Below are positions 14,309-28,021 of a stretch of DNA of 64,000 bases, one piece after another. The DNA is from Trichoplax adhaerens (Eukaryota; Animalia; Placozoa): positions 2,379,172-2,443,171 of the forward strand of contig NW_002060945.1 in NCBI RefSeq assembly GCF_000150275.1, read 5' to 3'. Positions within the stretch are counted from its first letter, which is position 1. Every line of letters starts with the position of its first letter. Under the pieces are notes generated by a model. That model was not told the origin of the DNA. It was given only the letters and a program-made list of their open reading frames with translations, and did no database searches. Position numbers and translations under genes: made by a program.

Positions 14309-14432
14309 ACTGTATCCTCTTGGCGAAATCTACAGTACCGTACTGTACAGTGTACTGTACAATGTACACTAGACATGTACTGTAGTACGTACTGTAGGTT
14401 GGCATACTATCCTGTCTATGCCACGCCATCTT
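14264..14432. promoter_or_regulatory. TACAG/CTGTA array plus YY1-like CGCCATCTT (14424-14432); candidate bidirectional promoter for the SLC35D gene and WDR4
   Basis: Lies between divergent genes, about 170-340 bp 5' of the WDR4 ATG. The motif matches YY1 consensus CGCCATnTT. Confidence 0.5.
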
Positions 14433-14602
14433 GACTACTGTATGAATCGTTTTCATCAATTGATTGCTCAATGTCGAGAGCAATGAAGTGAATGAAAGCA
14501 TTGATAGATAGTTTAATAGTCGCCTTTCCATCGATATCATGAATTATCCATTCTTGTGAATTTTTGCTTTCTTTTAGACAAGAATTTTCAACTCTGTTAG
14601 CC

Positions 14603-17600
14603 ATGCTTGGAGATAGTATTATGTGCGCCAATAGCTCGCAAGTTGCTATTCTTAATGGAAGTAAAATTCAGTTTTTTAATGGCAAGTATGTTCTCCATCT
14701 GCAAAGATACATTGCTCTAGTATAGCTTTCTATTTTATTTTTTGCCATATTGCAAGAGATGATGCTTAATATCTTGTCATGGTGATTGCTGTCCGCCATG
14801 GATATACATGAATGGACGAGTAGAAAGTCGACTCGACCAATAGCTATAGTGCTGTCGGCTGGAGTTGACAGCATCCTTTTGAAGTTGTTATATTGATTAG
14901 AGCTGTTTTGAAGTTCTAGGGCTCTGCTTTCTGAGATAAACACTGATGGTGATGCAAAGAATAACCACAATAAGGCAATATGCTGTGCTTTATCATGGGA
15001 TGGATGCTATTTTGCTAGCTGTAACGAAGTAAAATCAGTCAATCTTTGGAAATGCGATCGTAACAACTGGAGCATTGTCAGTAAAAGGTATATACCCGCA
15101 TTGCAGAAATGGACAAATTTAATACGCTCTTACTTCACGGTCTAGTCATTTGATAGTCAAAAATGAATACATTAATCTTGAAAGTACTTATGCATGCTAA
15201 CATCTGATAAGAGAGAGAACAAGATTGATTTGATGATGCCGTAATTAAGCTTACTCATTCATTATAATCCTTCGAGGAGTTCACTCCTAGCTCTTGTACC
15301 TGTAGTAAGCTGCAGCTACATTGTATGGAATGTTGCTTGAGCAACTACGGTATATAACATGGATTACTAAATCACAGATAATTTACTAATCTATGATAAT
15401 ACTGTGCTCGTTCGCGTTATATCCAGTTATACCAGGTAATTTTAGTTCTTACACTAGACTTGGACTGTCCTACGCGTTACTGATTAGTTTAATTTCACAA
15501 GTACAGTACCATAACGCCAACAGGTGGCAACACCATGCTTGCAGAGCTCGTGTTTATTCAGTGAGTACGAATATAATGTCTAGGACTTAAGTAAATGTTG
15601 CAGGGTAAGATATTACCTTAGTTACGTTATGCAATAATGTAGATTTTAGTTAGGACTGAGGCAAGTTGCCTTAGCCCGAGCGTTATGTCATTTACTTTCA
15701 TTTCTTTATACCTACTGTACTAGCTGCTATTCATTAATACGACTAGTTACTTCTATTTCAATAATACATACATCCGTTATATCATTTCTTAGGCAAATCA
15801 GTAAGAGACCAACCTCCATTCTATTTACGCAAGATTCTAAACAAATTTTAATTGCTGATAAAGCTGGCTTCGTGACTAGGTATAGTAATAGCAATAGCAA
15901 AGTCAATCTTGGTATTTGTTCAGGTTTCAACGTGGCAGCAATGATCTGAAACGTTTTTAAGAATAGTATTCCAATGGTAGATCAATGTTTTCTAACTTAT
16001 CGAAATTGTTATAGCTACAATCAGTATTGCAAAACGTTCACAATCACACAACAAACTGTACTATTTGTACAGTAATTAGGAACACTTAGTAATAGCATAG
16101 CACATATCTTCAAGGTTAACGTTATATCATATAGACATGTACACGTGTTTTTTACATTGTTGAGATAGAGTCTGGTAGTTTATTCAGTACTGTTGGATGT
16201 AGCATGGAAAATTAATTGCTTGGTACAAAAATATTATGAATGAATTTTGAACTGTAAATCGTAAGAGTGTAATCGTAGTTTCTATTATTTATATTTGAAT
16301 ACATGGCAAAGGTTCCTCAATAGTACCATAGTAATACGCTTATATTAATTCTTCTTTGAAATAATATTCCCTACAGATTATCAATTGATAATTATAATGA
16401 AGAAGGGGATATATGCCTTGGCCATATTTCCATAATATTGTGTATGGTAGGTTACATTAATAAATAGAATCAGTTGATTTCGAAAATTCAAAACAGTTTC
16501 TCTAATTGCATAATACGGCACGAGGTACTATCGAGTAAAATTTGCCCTTTTATTTAATAGGCATTATCTCCTAATAATAAATACCTAATAACTGGCGATC
16601 GCGATGAAAAGATTCGAATAAGTAACTATCCCCATACTTATGATATTTCTGCCTTTTGTCTTGGACATACTGAGTAAGTTTACAATAAGGCTGAATTACC
16701 TTTGAATTTGTAACCTATAGGTTTATGAAATGATATTAGGATAACTGTTCTATCATTAATATTTTAGATTCGTAAGTACTATAGCGATACTCGATGATGA
16801 ATTGATGGTATCAGGATCGGGCGTAAGTTAGTTGATATCTGCTCCTGTAATTGATTCATGTTCATAAAAGAACGATGTCTCAATACTTTTCTAGGATGGA
16901 ACAATAAAACTGTGGAACTATCTATCTGGTCAACAGTTACTGTCTGAAGACATTAAAGACTCATTACAACAACGTTGTAGTAGTTCTCAAGATCAGCTGG
17001 TAATACCATAATGTTGAATAACTGTTATATAAATTATAAAATAGTTATTTGCACTTGGATTCTTGAATAAATCATAACAGCTTAACATTTTAGGACCTAA
17101 TAGTAGCCAATATTGATTTCAACTTGATTTGACTTTTAAGAAGGAATGCACTGAAACCATCATTTCAAATATCTCTTACTGTCCGAAATATAACGTTGTA
17201 GCTATATGTTGTGAACAGTGAGTACTAGTAGCATTTTATCATATACCGGATTTTAATATTTTAAAGCAGATAAAAATTGACATAATATCTGCCTGCTTCC
17301 GGTACGTTTTTATCTTATTATTAACATTTAGTATCAAGATGGTTCTTCTATACCACATCAACAAAAATAATTTCGAATTAAATTATATGCAAGAAATTGA
17401 ATTGATTGATGTTCCAATGAAGACATCCTTCATTAATGAATCATTATGGATATTAATTTCAAATATTGATGAGCCTTTAGAGATTTGGAATTTATTTAAA
17501 GATAGTTGTACTGACAGCACGCATGTAAGCTAATAATATCGGTATATAAATGTACTTTGCGCAGTTTTACTATTTTACTATTTAATAAATCTCTTTCAAT

Positions 17601-17926
17601 ACACCTTTTAAACTCTAGAAGACGATTAAAGTAGAGATTGAAGCTATAATTGATCCGTTGGCATCGGCATTGAAAGGTGATCATTTTCGAGGTTAGTGAA
17701 ATGTTTAATCGGCGTCAATTTTATAATTATTCGAGATTAATATCTTGGTTTTACGAGCGTCGTAATGATTAATTCAACATTGCAATTAACTAAATTACAA
17801 TGATATACGTAATGCTCATCTTCTACATAATTTTTAGATTGCTGTAATGTTGAATCCTATCTATCACAAGTTAAGAGAAAGCGAATGGAATCTTTCTCAG
17901 ATGAAATAAGCAAAAAGAGTCGGTAA
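14603..17926 (+). CDS. WDR4: tRNA m7G46 methyltransferase non-catalytic WD40 subunit (Trm82); multi-exon
   Basis: Exon 1 is 14603-14685. Later exons encode [80 protein letters not shown] and [14 protein letters not shown]. The last exon, [13 protein letters not shown]...SR*, ends at TAA 17926. Confidence 0.92.
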
Positions 17927-19587
17927 TACTATTTTTAATGAGATCAATTACAATGCTTCGTCAAAAGTATCTGTATTTGATACGACATTAAGATTTAGCA
18001 ACATATAGTTTCTGTAGCTAAGTTGTGAATATCAAATTGTCACTATGACTGTATACAATCCACGACCTTATTGATGGATAATTGAATTAATGTAATAAAA
18101 TTCTATTTTAGCAATTTCGGTAAAAATATTAGACTGGTAGTTACAACTTGTAAGGATTTTATTATTAATTTGCCAATAAACTAGTTACTCTTTCAATTTT
18201 TACTTACAAATAATTATACCTTGAACAAGTTGATGTCAGACGATTATAAAGTGAAATTATGAACTTAGGTAATACACGGTCTGACTTGATCCTGATGATA
18301 CGCAGTAGTTCAATATATTGCTGCTGCTACTCTAGGAACTGCACTATGTTATAATTTAAAAGCTACACGTGACTGTTAGTGATGTAACTGGCTTTATTTG
18401 TAACCGAAATCGCACAGTACTGTACAACACAAGCGAGCATGCATACACACCCTTAAATGAGACTTAGCAATTTCAGAAGTGATCATTCTCAATCCCAAGT
18501 TTTATTGCGGATTGTTCGGTAAAAGTGTGAAAGCACATAACTAACTAGGACATTATGAATGAAGTCTGCACCATTGATTCTCGGTAATAGAAGTTTTAAA
18601 CCTATACCAATGCACTGTAGATCAATCATAAGACACAATTGAACATGTTTTACATTACTGTTAGCGTTACATCAAGTTGAAGGCAATATAACCATAATAG
18701 CACTTTGCTCAAGGTGTATACACATACGAAGGCAAGTAAATAACCTAGAATCAATTACAACTGATATTTATATAACCATATATATACACAATTAAGGCAC
18801 TTTAGCTAGCCATTAGTGTAAGGAATGAGAAAAGAGATAAGCGCAATGTGCAAGGCAGAAATCACAGTAATCGAACTGGTAAGAATATTTTCAAAACCGG
18901 CGAGGTGGACTGCACCTTTGATACAAATTCATCCAGTTTAGTCAGTTGTATAACTTACTATGAATTACAATGCCATGCTATCGCTGAATAGAAAGTGAAA
19001 ATTGTCGAGTTTATGATGCAGTTAACTTTGTGGATTATATTGACACAATATCATAGTATTCTGTAGTGTAATGATAATAACAATTCCAAAACAGAAGTTG
19101 GCAATAACTTAGCTACAATGATCTGCGTGCATGCTATAGCTACGCCAACAAAACAAAATCTACTTATACCTTATAAAACTGCACAAAAAATTAAATTTAT
19201 GATCAACTAGTTCTTACTAGCTCACTATCTTACATAGATAAGCACTATAGCTGATAATATTTATCATATTTTCTGAATGATTCTTGTAGATTTAATATAG
19301 AATTGTTACACTATTTTGAAAAGTAACGTGCTGGTAATTAACGGGTCAAAATATGATTCCTTACTTTTACCGCAGAATACCATTCTTCGTGATCATTTAA
19401 TAAGCCACAGCAAATTTATACTATAATTAATCTACAATTTTTGGCCATACGATTACTTATTTGATTGTAATGGATATTGATATAGAAACAAAACGTTCCA
19501 TCCTCAGTATTAGGTAACTGTACTGTTAACGTATCGTCGAAAATAAACAAAATATATTTAAGAATCACTATTAATTACAAGGCGCTA

Positions 19588-22500
19588 TTAAATTTCGCTT
19601 GGAGGAATTCTTTCATCCTAGAAAATATGTTTAGAAAGAATTACAATAAGTAATTATAAAAGAGTATGATAATCAGTTTACTCAAATACAGTACATATCA
19701 AGAATAGTCTGTAAGATTTCGAATATATTACATGGGACCCTGGGGGTCGGACTATAGGAATTGCTGCCGAAGGTCTCTTGGCGTTAAATTGTTGTTGTTG
19801 CTGATAAACTGATGGAATAACCCCACCTTGATACATCTAAACAACGTAATTGTACGTTTATGACTTAATAAAAGCGTTATAGGTAAAATATACACACATA
19901 TCTGCAAGATGAAAGTAAATAATAGGAGCTCTAATAATACCGGATATTGTAAAGGAACTTGATTTGGCATTACTCCATATCTATAAGAACAATAATACAA
20001 ATATTCACATAAAATAATTTGCTTTTGACACTTGATAAACTGAAATAGAAATTTGAACTCATGATCTAAAAATCTGTGGATGCAAAAGCAGTAAAATACT
20101 TACGGAGGTCCATAGCCGATACCATGGAACTGGTGAGATACAGGTCCGGGTACATTTCCTCCAGACTGTAAATACCCAGTTTGTAGTGGTAATTGATTAT
20201 ATGGATGACGCGGAGAAAAGAAACCGGTTACCATTGGCTGCATCACGTTATCTGGAGGACCAGAACCCGACATTACTCCAAGCATTTCGTTTTCCTCACC
20301 TGCAGGTAAATAGAAGCACTCTGAATTCAATCTTGTTCTACAGGATTGACGCAAAGAATTACCTATAAAATTAAATCAAGATCAAAAAAATACCTGTGCT
20401 ATTTACTGCAATATCTTGTTGAGGAACCATGACAATTTGATTGTTAACTATTTCAGGAGGTTGCTGTTCCTGAGATTGTGATCCTTGCGTATTGACTGCC
20501 CCTTGAAACATTGCCTGCTGTTGCTGTTCTATGTACGCTACGGAAAGTGAAAGAAAAGTTTCATATAACTTTGATTCATTTCTACTATGATAATCTATGA
20601 ATAATGATAGGGCATTTTTAATATAGTGTTCACACCTTGATCATAATAATTGCCAACTACCGGATGGGGCACAGCAGGAGGAACAGAAGATACAGTCATA
20701 TTTTGTATTTGTTCTTGCTGCGACTGTGGTTCAGACGTATTTGCATTATCTGTTTTAACATTTTGAGAAACTGCACGACGTTGTGATGAATATCTCTTGG
20801 GTTTACTAGCAGCGGTAGATTGCGTGGGATTAGGAGCGGCTATATATGTCGAAATGGGTTCCCTGCCATCAATTTGGACAGTTAATTTTAACAAGCCGCT
20901 ACCGGAATCATCTTCTACCGCTGTTGCAGTGATTTCTTTAGATTCCGAAATTACATTAATTTGTCCTTTATTAGGTTCTTGCCTATTTCAGTAGGTAAAG
21001 AAGATTAGGACCCAATTAGAAAATACTGTAAATACAAAGGTATTGTATTTCAATACCAAATAATAATTCTTTAGTTCACATACCTGTTGCTTTCAATTAC
21101 TTTTTGACTTTCATCATCCTTTGACAATACTGTAAAATATGTAATAATTAGATTGATGAATTAGTATGTATAGACTCTTCATTTAGTACGCTACCAATCT
21201 GTAGGTAAATATTAAATGAATTCTTAGACGTACCAGGGATGTCATCACAGTCACTGATTGCTGTTGGTTCCTTCTTTCCAGGACGATTATCTGTACGTAT
21301 TTTATCTTGATATTTCTCGTTTCTTTGTGATGACAGCTTCGTACTTTGATCGTAATATCGTGAGGGTCTTTTAGCTGTATCACCGAATGATTTTATATCT
21401 TGTCTATCTTCATTATCGTAGGACCTTTGTGAGCGTCTAGCCTTTTGATTTCCAGATACTTGCCTTTGTCGGGCAGTTTTAAAATTAGTCGAACCTCTTT
21501 CATTATCGTTCCTTTGCGTTACAGGTTCAGCATCAGTATGATTTTTTAGATCATTACGGCTATTTTGTATGGTCGCTGTTTGCTTGGGTGGATTCTTATC
21601 TTTCGCATTTTTCTGACGACGTGCATTTCTATCAGTATCGATTTGACTATTACTACTACCATACAACTTATGATTATTACCAGCTCTGTTAGTATCAGCC
21701 TGCTCAAAACCATCTGAACTGTATCTATTAGTAACTTGTTCCCTCCCTGAATTTCGAATATCATTTACAGCAGTATCGTTGTTATATTGATTTCTAGACG
21801 TATAATTTCTTTGTCCACGATTTCCTCTGCTGATACCTCTTCCATAACGAGCACCTCTTAAATCGTTCCTCGAAGTTTCTCTAAACTGTTCCGTTTCATC
21901 CCGCTTCCAATCCCTGTTTGTATCTCTTGTTCTATCTTCGCTTCTATAACTGCCTCTACCTCTACCTCTCGGTCTACCTCTACCTCTGTTTCCTTGTCTA
22001 TCTCTCCTCTCGAAATCACTTTAACGTTAAATATTTTAGTGCATATTAATTTAATGTTAAAAATTAACTACTTTTTAAAGCAAATTAACCCATTTTTCTG
22101 ACTTACTCGTATTCCTGCCAGTCTCTCCTACTACCTTGTCTTGCTTTGGAATCATAATTAGCGTATTCACCAGGCTTCTATATTAATTTCCCATAAGATT
22201 AGAATCAATTTTGGTAAGAATGCTTAGAAAATAAACGTACAAATCCCTACCGAGCTAGCTATCTTTGGGCCTTGCTTATCAAGGATGAATAAATCGTGCT
22301 CCCACCGTTCTTCTCCCCGTGGTTGCCGACGGCGTGTAGGTCTATAAAAAAATACTTACTCAGCGCAAATATCTATCGCTTGATAAAAAAAGGATCATTA
22401 CTGAGAGGTTATTCTATTTACTTTAACGTATTTGATTCATCTTGATCTTTATCGCTGTCTTCATCACTTGTTAGCGCCCTATCATCATGCTCGTAGTATC

Positions 22501-24583
22501 GTTTATCTTTCGGAACAAAAGCAGGGCCTTTTTTTTCCTCTTCCGCACCCGATTCCTCCTTTACGTCGCTTTGATCTTCAGAATCTTCCCCGTCAGTATT
22601 CTCACTACCATTTATACTATTCTCTAATTCGGACTGGCTACTATTATCCTTGACGCTATTATCACCTTCGTTATCTTCTTTATTACCTTCTGCCTCATTG
22701 GAATTTGCGATGTTACTATTTTGTTCTATTTCGCTATTGTTATCTGATCCATCGTGCGTTTCCCTTTCAACTTTATCGATATCTTCACTCTAAGTATATA
22801 CCAAAATATAAATACGATTTTCAGTGCTTTCTATTGCTAACGAAATTTGCTTACATGACGATATAATTAACGAATTCATGTAAAACAACGTATGTAGAGT
22901 AGTGTATATAACAACAACATACAGTATAGTACTGATCACGGGTACGTAGGTGGGCATTTTTTATTACGATACAATAGCAACTATGATCATCTTATGGTAG
23001 AATGTAAGTATCAACTTTGACATACTTCGTAACTATCTAAACAATGAATGCATCGATCCTCCTAGATACATATTTTCAGTAGTATAACTGCAGTACTCGA
23101 CGTTGTTTTTATGGCTTAAGGTTATGAAACTGTGTTACTGTTAAAATCTAAATCTCTACTCATAATTTAAAAAAATTTTAGTAAAGGTAAATAATATTTA
23201 AATAACTCACTTCTATACGACAAAACTTGGGTAAGTTATTCAAACATATTTATTATAGAACAACTGCTCATTTATTTTTCACAATATCGAGCGGTTTTTA
23301 CTTTTAAAAGTTTCATTCATTTTTTTATTAGATTCACAAACCTTCGGTTCAGTCTCTTGATTGTTACTTTCATCTACCTGATCAGCACCGTCATGACTTT
23401 CTGCTATCAAGATAAAATTTTCAATTAATCAACAGTTTCGTCAATAATAACGATCCATTAATAAAAGTACAAGCTGTAACTTTTGTTAACCTCTCCAGCT
23501 AACGATCATTGCGAATATATTTAACTGATATTTCTAGCTTATCCTGTACGCTCAATTATATGTACAGTCAGTAGTACTTTATTTCACACCTTACTAGGTA
23601 ACGTTTTATATTTTCGTATTCGACTTTACTACGAGAACAACTGTAGGTATGTAGAATATCTTTCAAGTTTGTTTTAATTAGGTTAAAGTATGTTTAACAT
23701 ATAGTGCTAGTGAAATAATTACTAAATAGAATATAAAAGCTCACTTTCAGTATTAATTTAGAGTCCATACAATATTAAATCGCAGTTTCATGAGTAACTG
23801 GTTCAATACTACTTGGATAAGCATCATCTTACCTATATTTTCAGGATTAGTTGTTTCAATATGCTCTTCTAGCTGTTTTGTTATCCCAAAAATGAAAGAA
23901 GGTTTGAGTTTAAGTACTCAACGTTATTGTATTACGTGCAATAGAATTGATAACAGGTGCAGTGTATAATGCAATTTTAAGATCAGACTTTAAATTTAAT
24001 TTCTGTCTTTAACGCTACAATCCATCCTGAGAGATACTCGAAATTATTCCTAAATCACAAGCTATAATACTGAGGAGATGTGAAGTAAAATATGGTGTAA
24101 GCAATGAATTGATTGTATTGCTGTTATCGTACAAAGCAGGTTTAAGTTCAGCTTTATCGAAAAGGTAGCTAAAGTGTTCGGTTCGAACTTTACTACAATA
24201 GTATCACTCCATCGCCTACAGTAGACGATATCAGGGCATTTAGTTCCGTTCCGTTGAGAGTAGGGATTTGTCAATGTTGTAAAAATGCTACAATATACTC
24301 GCTTGAAATCGTGGATGTATATTGTACATCCGAAATAGTTTTCTAAATACGAATACAGAAGTCAATAAACCAACTGTAATACCGAATAAATAGTAGACGT
24401 ATAAGATACTGTACATATGCTGTTTAAGCGTTTAGGCAAAGACTACTACAAAAAAGAGGTCTTGTTTTAGTAGTCCATGGTTTAGGTGATATTTCTGCGT
24501 TGGTTGAAGTATGGCGTAGAAGGTATTGTGGTAATCATTAGTCGTCCAGTCATACATATAATTTTACTTCGTTTGCGATGCAT
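19588..24583 (-). CDS. CASC3: Exon-junction-complex protein CASC3 (MLN51/Barentsz); multi-exon, start tentative
   Basis: Btz/SELOR motifs GPAFVPKDKRYYEHDDR (~22480-22530) and RWEHDLFILDKQGPK (~22265-22310), an acidic N-terminus, an RG-rich segment (~21955-21995), KPKRYSSQR, and a Q/P/Y-rich C-terminus with KRPSAAIPIVRPP. The ATG at 24583 and the stop at 19588 come from phase-consistent splicing. Confidence 0.88.
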
Positions 24584-24685
24584 TCTGCTCTGACGCCCAA
24601 ATAGTACTTCTACACAGTGACAGCAAATGTAGAGTATAGTATCCGGTCAAAGAATATCGAATCTACTGTATCTATCTCCTTTCTG

Positions 24686-25328
24686 AAGCAGTCCGTGATT
24701 TGAAGTTGTACAACCTCTATTCAATATGATCGCTTCCTTCTTTCTTTGCTGACTGCATAAAATGGAAGAATACAACAGGCGACTCAAGTCATGTCAAGAC
24801 TCATCCATAACTGAAAGGTATAGTGTATTTTATATTCTTTTGATAGCCAATACGTATGGTGTCCGCTACCCTTGATTATGGTCTTAGTTGGCCATGATTG
24901 AAATGAATTTTTATGCTTTGCAACAGTTGCCAATGCAGAGTTAGAATATGGCCGCCTGATTGAAGAGTAGAGTACTGCATGAAGTTGGTAGTAATAACAT
25001 CTAGTACGTGACTAAGCAATCTGTAATTTACACTTGTACAACCGCTATCCAACTTCCTTTGCTGACTGCATTAAATGGAAGAATACAACAGGCGACTCGA
25101 GTCATGTCAAGACTCCTCCATAAACTGAAAGGTATAGAGTATTTCATATATTTTTGGATAGCCAATACGTGTGGTGTTCGCTACCCTAGATTGTGGTCTT
25201 AGCTGGCCATGATTGAAATGAATTTTTATGCTTTGCAACAGTTGCCAATGCAGAGTTGGAATATGGCCGCCTGATGGGAGAGTAGAGTACTGCAAGAAGT
25301 TGGTGGCAATCAACGAGATATCTAGTAC
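24686..25328. repeat. Tandem duplication, about 330 bp period, upstream of CASC3
   Basis: ctttgctgactgcat.aaatggaagaatacaacaggcgactc...atatggccgcctgat...atctagtac is present twice (~24686-25007 and ~25015-25328). Each copy has a YY1-like AATATGGCCGCC (24945, 25260). Confidence 0.93.
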
Positions 25329-26019
25329 TGTATTGTAGGTGAAGAGCTATTGTTGCACAGTACTGCACTGTAGTAGGCAGTGGCGTAACGCCCGCATGCA
25401 CGATATAGGTGAGCGTTCTGTGGCGACGTTCAATGATGTCAATGATGGCTTCTACTCGCTGATTCAAAGTGGAATACAACATTCCTTTTATTCGACCCAA
25501 GCATTGCTATTTATTTCATTTCATTCTTTGCTACGGATATCGACAAGAGGATAGGAGTTGTAGAGAGCCAAGTCATATCGATAGGTTGAATTGATCAATA
25601 GTCCATGATGATGATAAGTAATCCAACTACAAGTGGATCAGGACACCCATTTGACAGTGATTGTCTACTTTTCCTTGAACGTATTAAATCAAGTCTATGA
25701 TTGTTCTGTACTGTAGCGTCAAGTCGTATCACTGCAGCACAGTAACATCTTTTTTATAGCTTGTCATAACATTTTCAATTTTGCAATATGGAGTACATAC
25801 CTGGGACATAGCAGTAGATCTGTTCAGTCGGCTAAGGATAATTAATAACTCACCATCACTTTGAATTAAGGATAAAATGACGGCGACCAAGCAGTATCGC
25901 GTGATAAAAAGATCTAGCCGATTTGAATTATACGCGTATTAGAGCGAGTGTTTTACTTTGTGCCTTTTACAACTGCCGGATACTTTGTACTCTAGCGTAC
26001 TGAATTCTACTCGACGTCA

Positions 26020-26440
26020 GTTTTACAGTACAGTACTGTACGTTCACACAGTGTACAGTACAGTACACATTATACTGTACAATATAACAGTTACTGTACA
26101 GTGTACAGTACTGCAACCAGACACTCCTACAGTACTGTACTGTACTGTACTGTGTACAGTACAGAAAAAATTTTCACCAAACTTCTAGACAAATGGAGTG
26201 ATAAAAGTGGAAAGTTACGGACGGACGCCGTTTTCCTGTCTGACAAAAGTGTGCAGTACGCAGAAACAAAAGTAAGTACTGAGCACGCGCGTAAGAACGA
26301 AAGATGATGCTATCGCGTACTGTACTGTATGCAAGACTTTTAACTTCATGATCATCTACAGTACTGTACACTGTACTGTAGAGTGTTCGTACCACATACA
26401 GTACTGTACTGTACTGTGTACTGTACTGTACTGTACACTC
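26020..26440. promoter_or_regulatory. Two TACAG/CTGTA arrays flanking a ~150 bp CpG-richer core, between divergent CASC3 and SLC35G genes
   Basis: Arrays at ~26020-26165 and ~26318-26440. The core contains ggacggacgccgtt and gcacgcgcg. Confidence 0.5.
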
Positions 26441-27016
26441 AGTTTTCATTGAGTATTGTACGAGTAACAGTTGAAATAATGAATCACATATTAACTTAAA
26501 TTAATATTATTATTATTTTATTGCGTTGAACTCGAGACATTAATCACATATTTAGTCTGGCATGAAAATGATGCAATCTCCTTGATGAAGATCAACTTAA
26601 TGTATCATATTACGCTAATTGAAAATTTTTCCTCCATTTTACAGCATTTTGAACTTAAGGAGCGATAAATAACTAGAATAATTATGGACTCATCTACTAG
26701 TATCATGGATAATGTATAAATTCAAGTGTCCTGCTGCGTGTATCTGGCTAAATCATTGCAATCAAGTTGTAGATTTTCCAATATTGGAAACCCAAATCAT
26801 TCTCCCAATACTGTTAAAACTTAAAACCTGCCCATTCTAGGCGTCCTAATTACTTGGCATACGCTTAGGAGTCTAATTTAGCAGATAAGACGTGTGTTTT
26901 GTATTATATACAACATCGATAGCCAGACACGAATATCAAAATAACTTCAGCTGCAAATTCTGCTGTAAGATTATAACGATTGACCTCTTGTGCTAGCAGT
27001 TTCATCGACTAGGGGA

Positions 27017-28021
27017 ATGAAAACCTCAATCAACAATATGAAAGCCCAACTGAAACCTTACCGTGGTATGTTATACGCACTACTATCGTCACTTTTTTTT
27101 TCACTCATGTCTGCCTGTGTCAAGTTGGCTGCATACGACTTTTTCTTAGTTGCAGCAATACGATCTGCTGTACAGATACTACTCTTACAATCGGCCATAA
27201 TTAAGCAACAAAAAGACTTATCCAGCGGTTGTAAGCGTCCACAAGTTTATTTTGTATTGGGCAGGACAATCGCTGGCACAGTATCTGTTTGTTGTCAGTT
27301 TTATGCTTACCAAAATATGAACATTGGCGATGCTTCAGCTATCATTTTTTCATCTCCTTTCATCACTGGTATTTTAGCTGCTATTCTTTTAAAAGAAAGA
27401 TTTACCGTCTTCAATTTACTAGCAACTTTAGTCAGCTTTGGTGGTATTATACTTGTTGCTAGGCCACCATTTATTTTTAGATCGCAAGCTGATGATGCAC
27501 CATTTCGCTTTGCTGCAGCTAGCATTGCATTTGCTGCCTCTATAGCTACCAGCATTGCTATTTTGAATATTAGAAAAATTGGTAATAAAGTCGACAGCTA
27601 TGTTATCACTTATTATTTTTCAATTGTTTGCTTTATTGTGCCTATAATCATATTTTCTATAACCACCTCTTATCGATTGCCCCAGTGTGGTGCTACAAGA
27701 TGGCTCCTAATTGCTGTAGGAGTGCTAGGATTTTTAGGCCAAATTTCTTTCACCAACGCTATACAGTTGGAGAAAGCTACATTAATCTCTATCATCAGAA
27801 CCACGGATGTGATATTTGGATACATATTAGAACTGATCATTTTCGGCTCATCGCCTTCCTTGCTCTCGATATTTGGCTCCCTCTTAATCATAGCTGGTGC
27901 ATCGGCCTTAGCATTGAAAAAATGGTATGACATTAAATCTGACAGGAAGGATTGTAATCAATCCAAAACAACAGAGCAATCGATAAATCAACATCAGGAT
28001 TTCACAGAGACGCATTTATAG
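27017..28021 (+). CDS. SLC35G-family (TMEM20/22-like) double-EamA transporter, intronless CDS
   Basis: Continuous ORF with about 10 TM helices. Motifs GMLYALLSSLFFSLMSACVK, FYAYQNMNIGDASAIIFSSPFITGILAAILLKE, GVLGFLGQ and AIQLEKATLISIIRTTDVIF. First ATG at 27017 (alternative 27038). Confidence 0.9.
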   Translation: MKTSINNMKAQLKPYRGMLYALLSSLFFSLMSACVKLAAYDFFLVAAIRSAVQILLLQSAIIKQQKDLSSGCKRPQVYFVLGRTIAGTVSVCCQFYAYQNMNIGDASAIIFSSPFITGILAAILLKERFTVFNLLATLVSFGGIILVARPPFIFRSQADDAPFRFAAASIAFAASIATSIAILNIRKIGNKVDSYVITYYFSIVCFIVPIIIFSITTSYRLPQCGATRWLLIAVGVLGFLGQISFTNAIQLEKATLISIIRTTDVIFGYILELIIFGSSPSLLSIFGSLLIIAGASALALKKWYDIKSDRKDCNQSKTTEQSINQHQDFTETHL

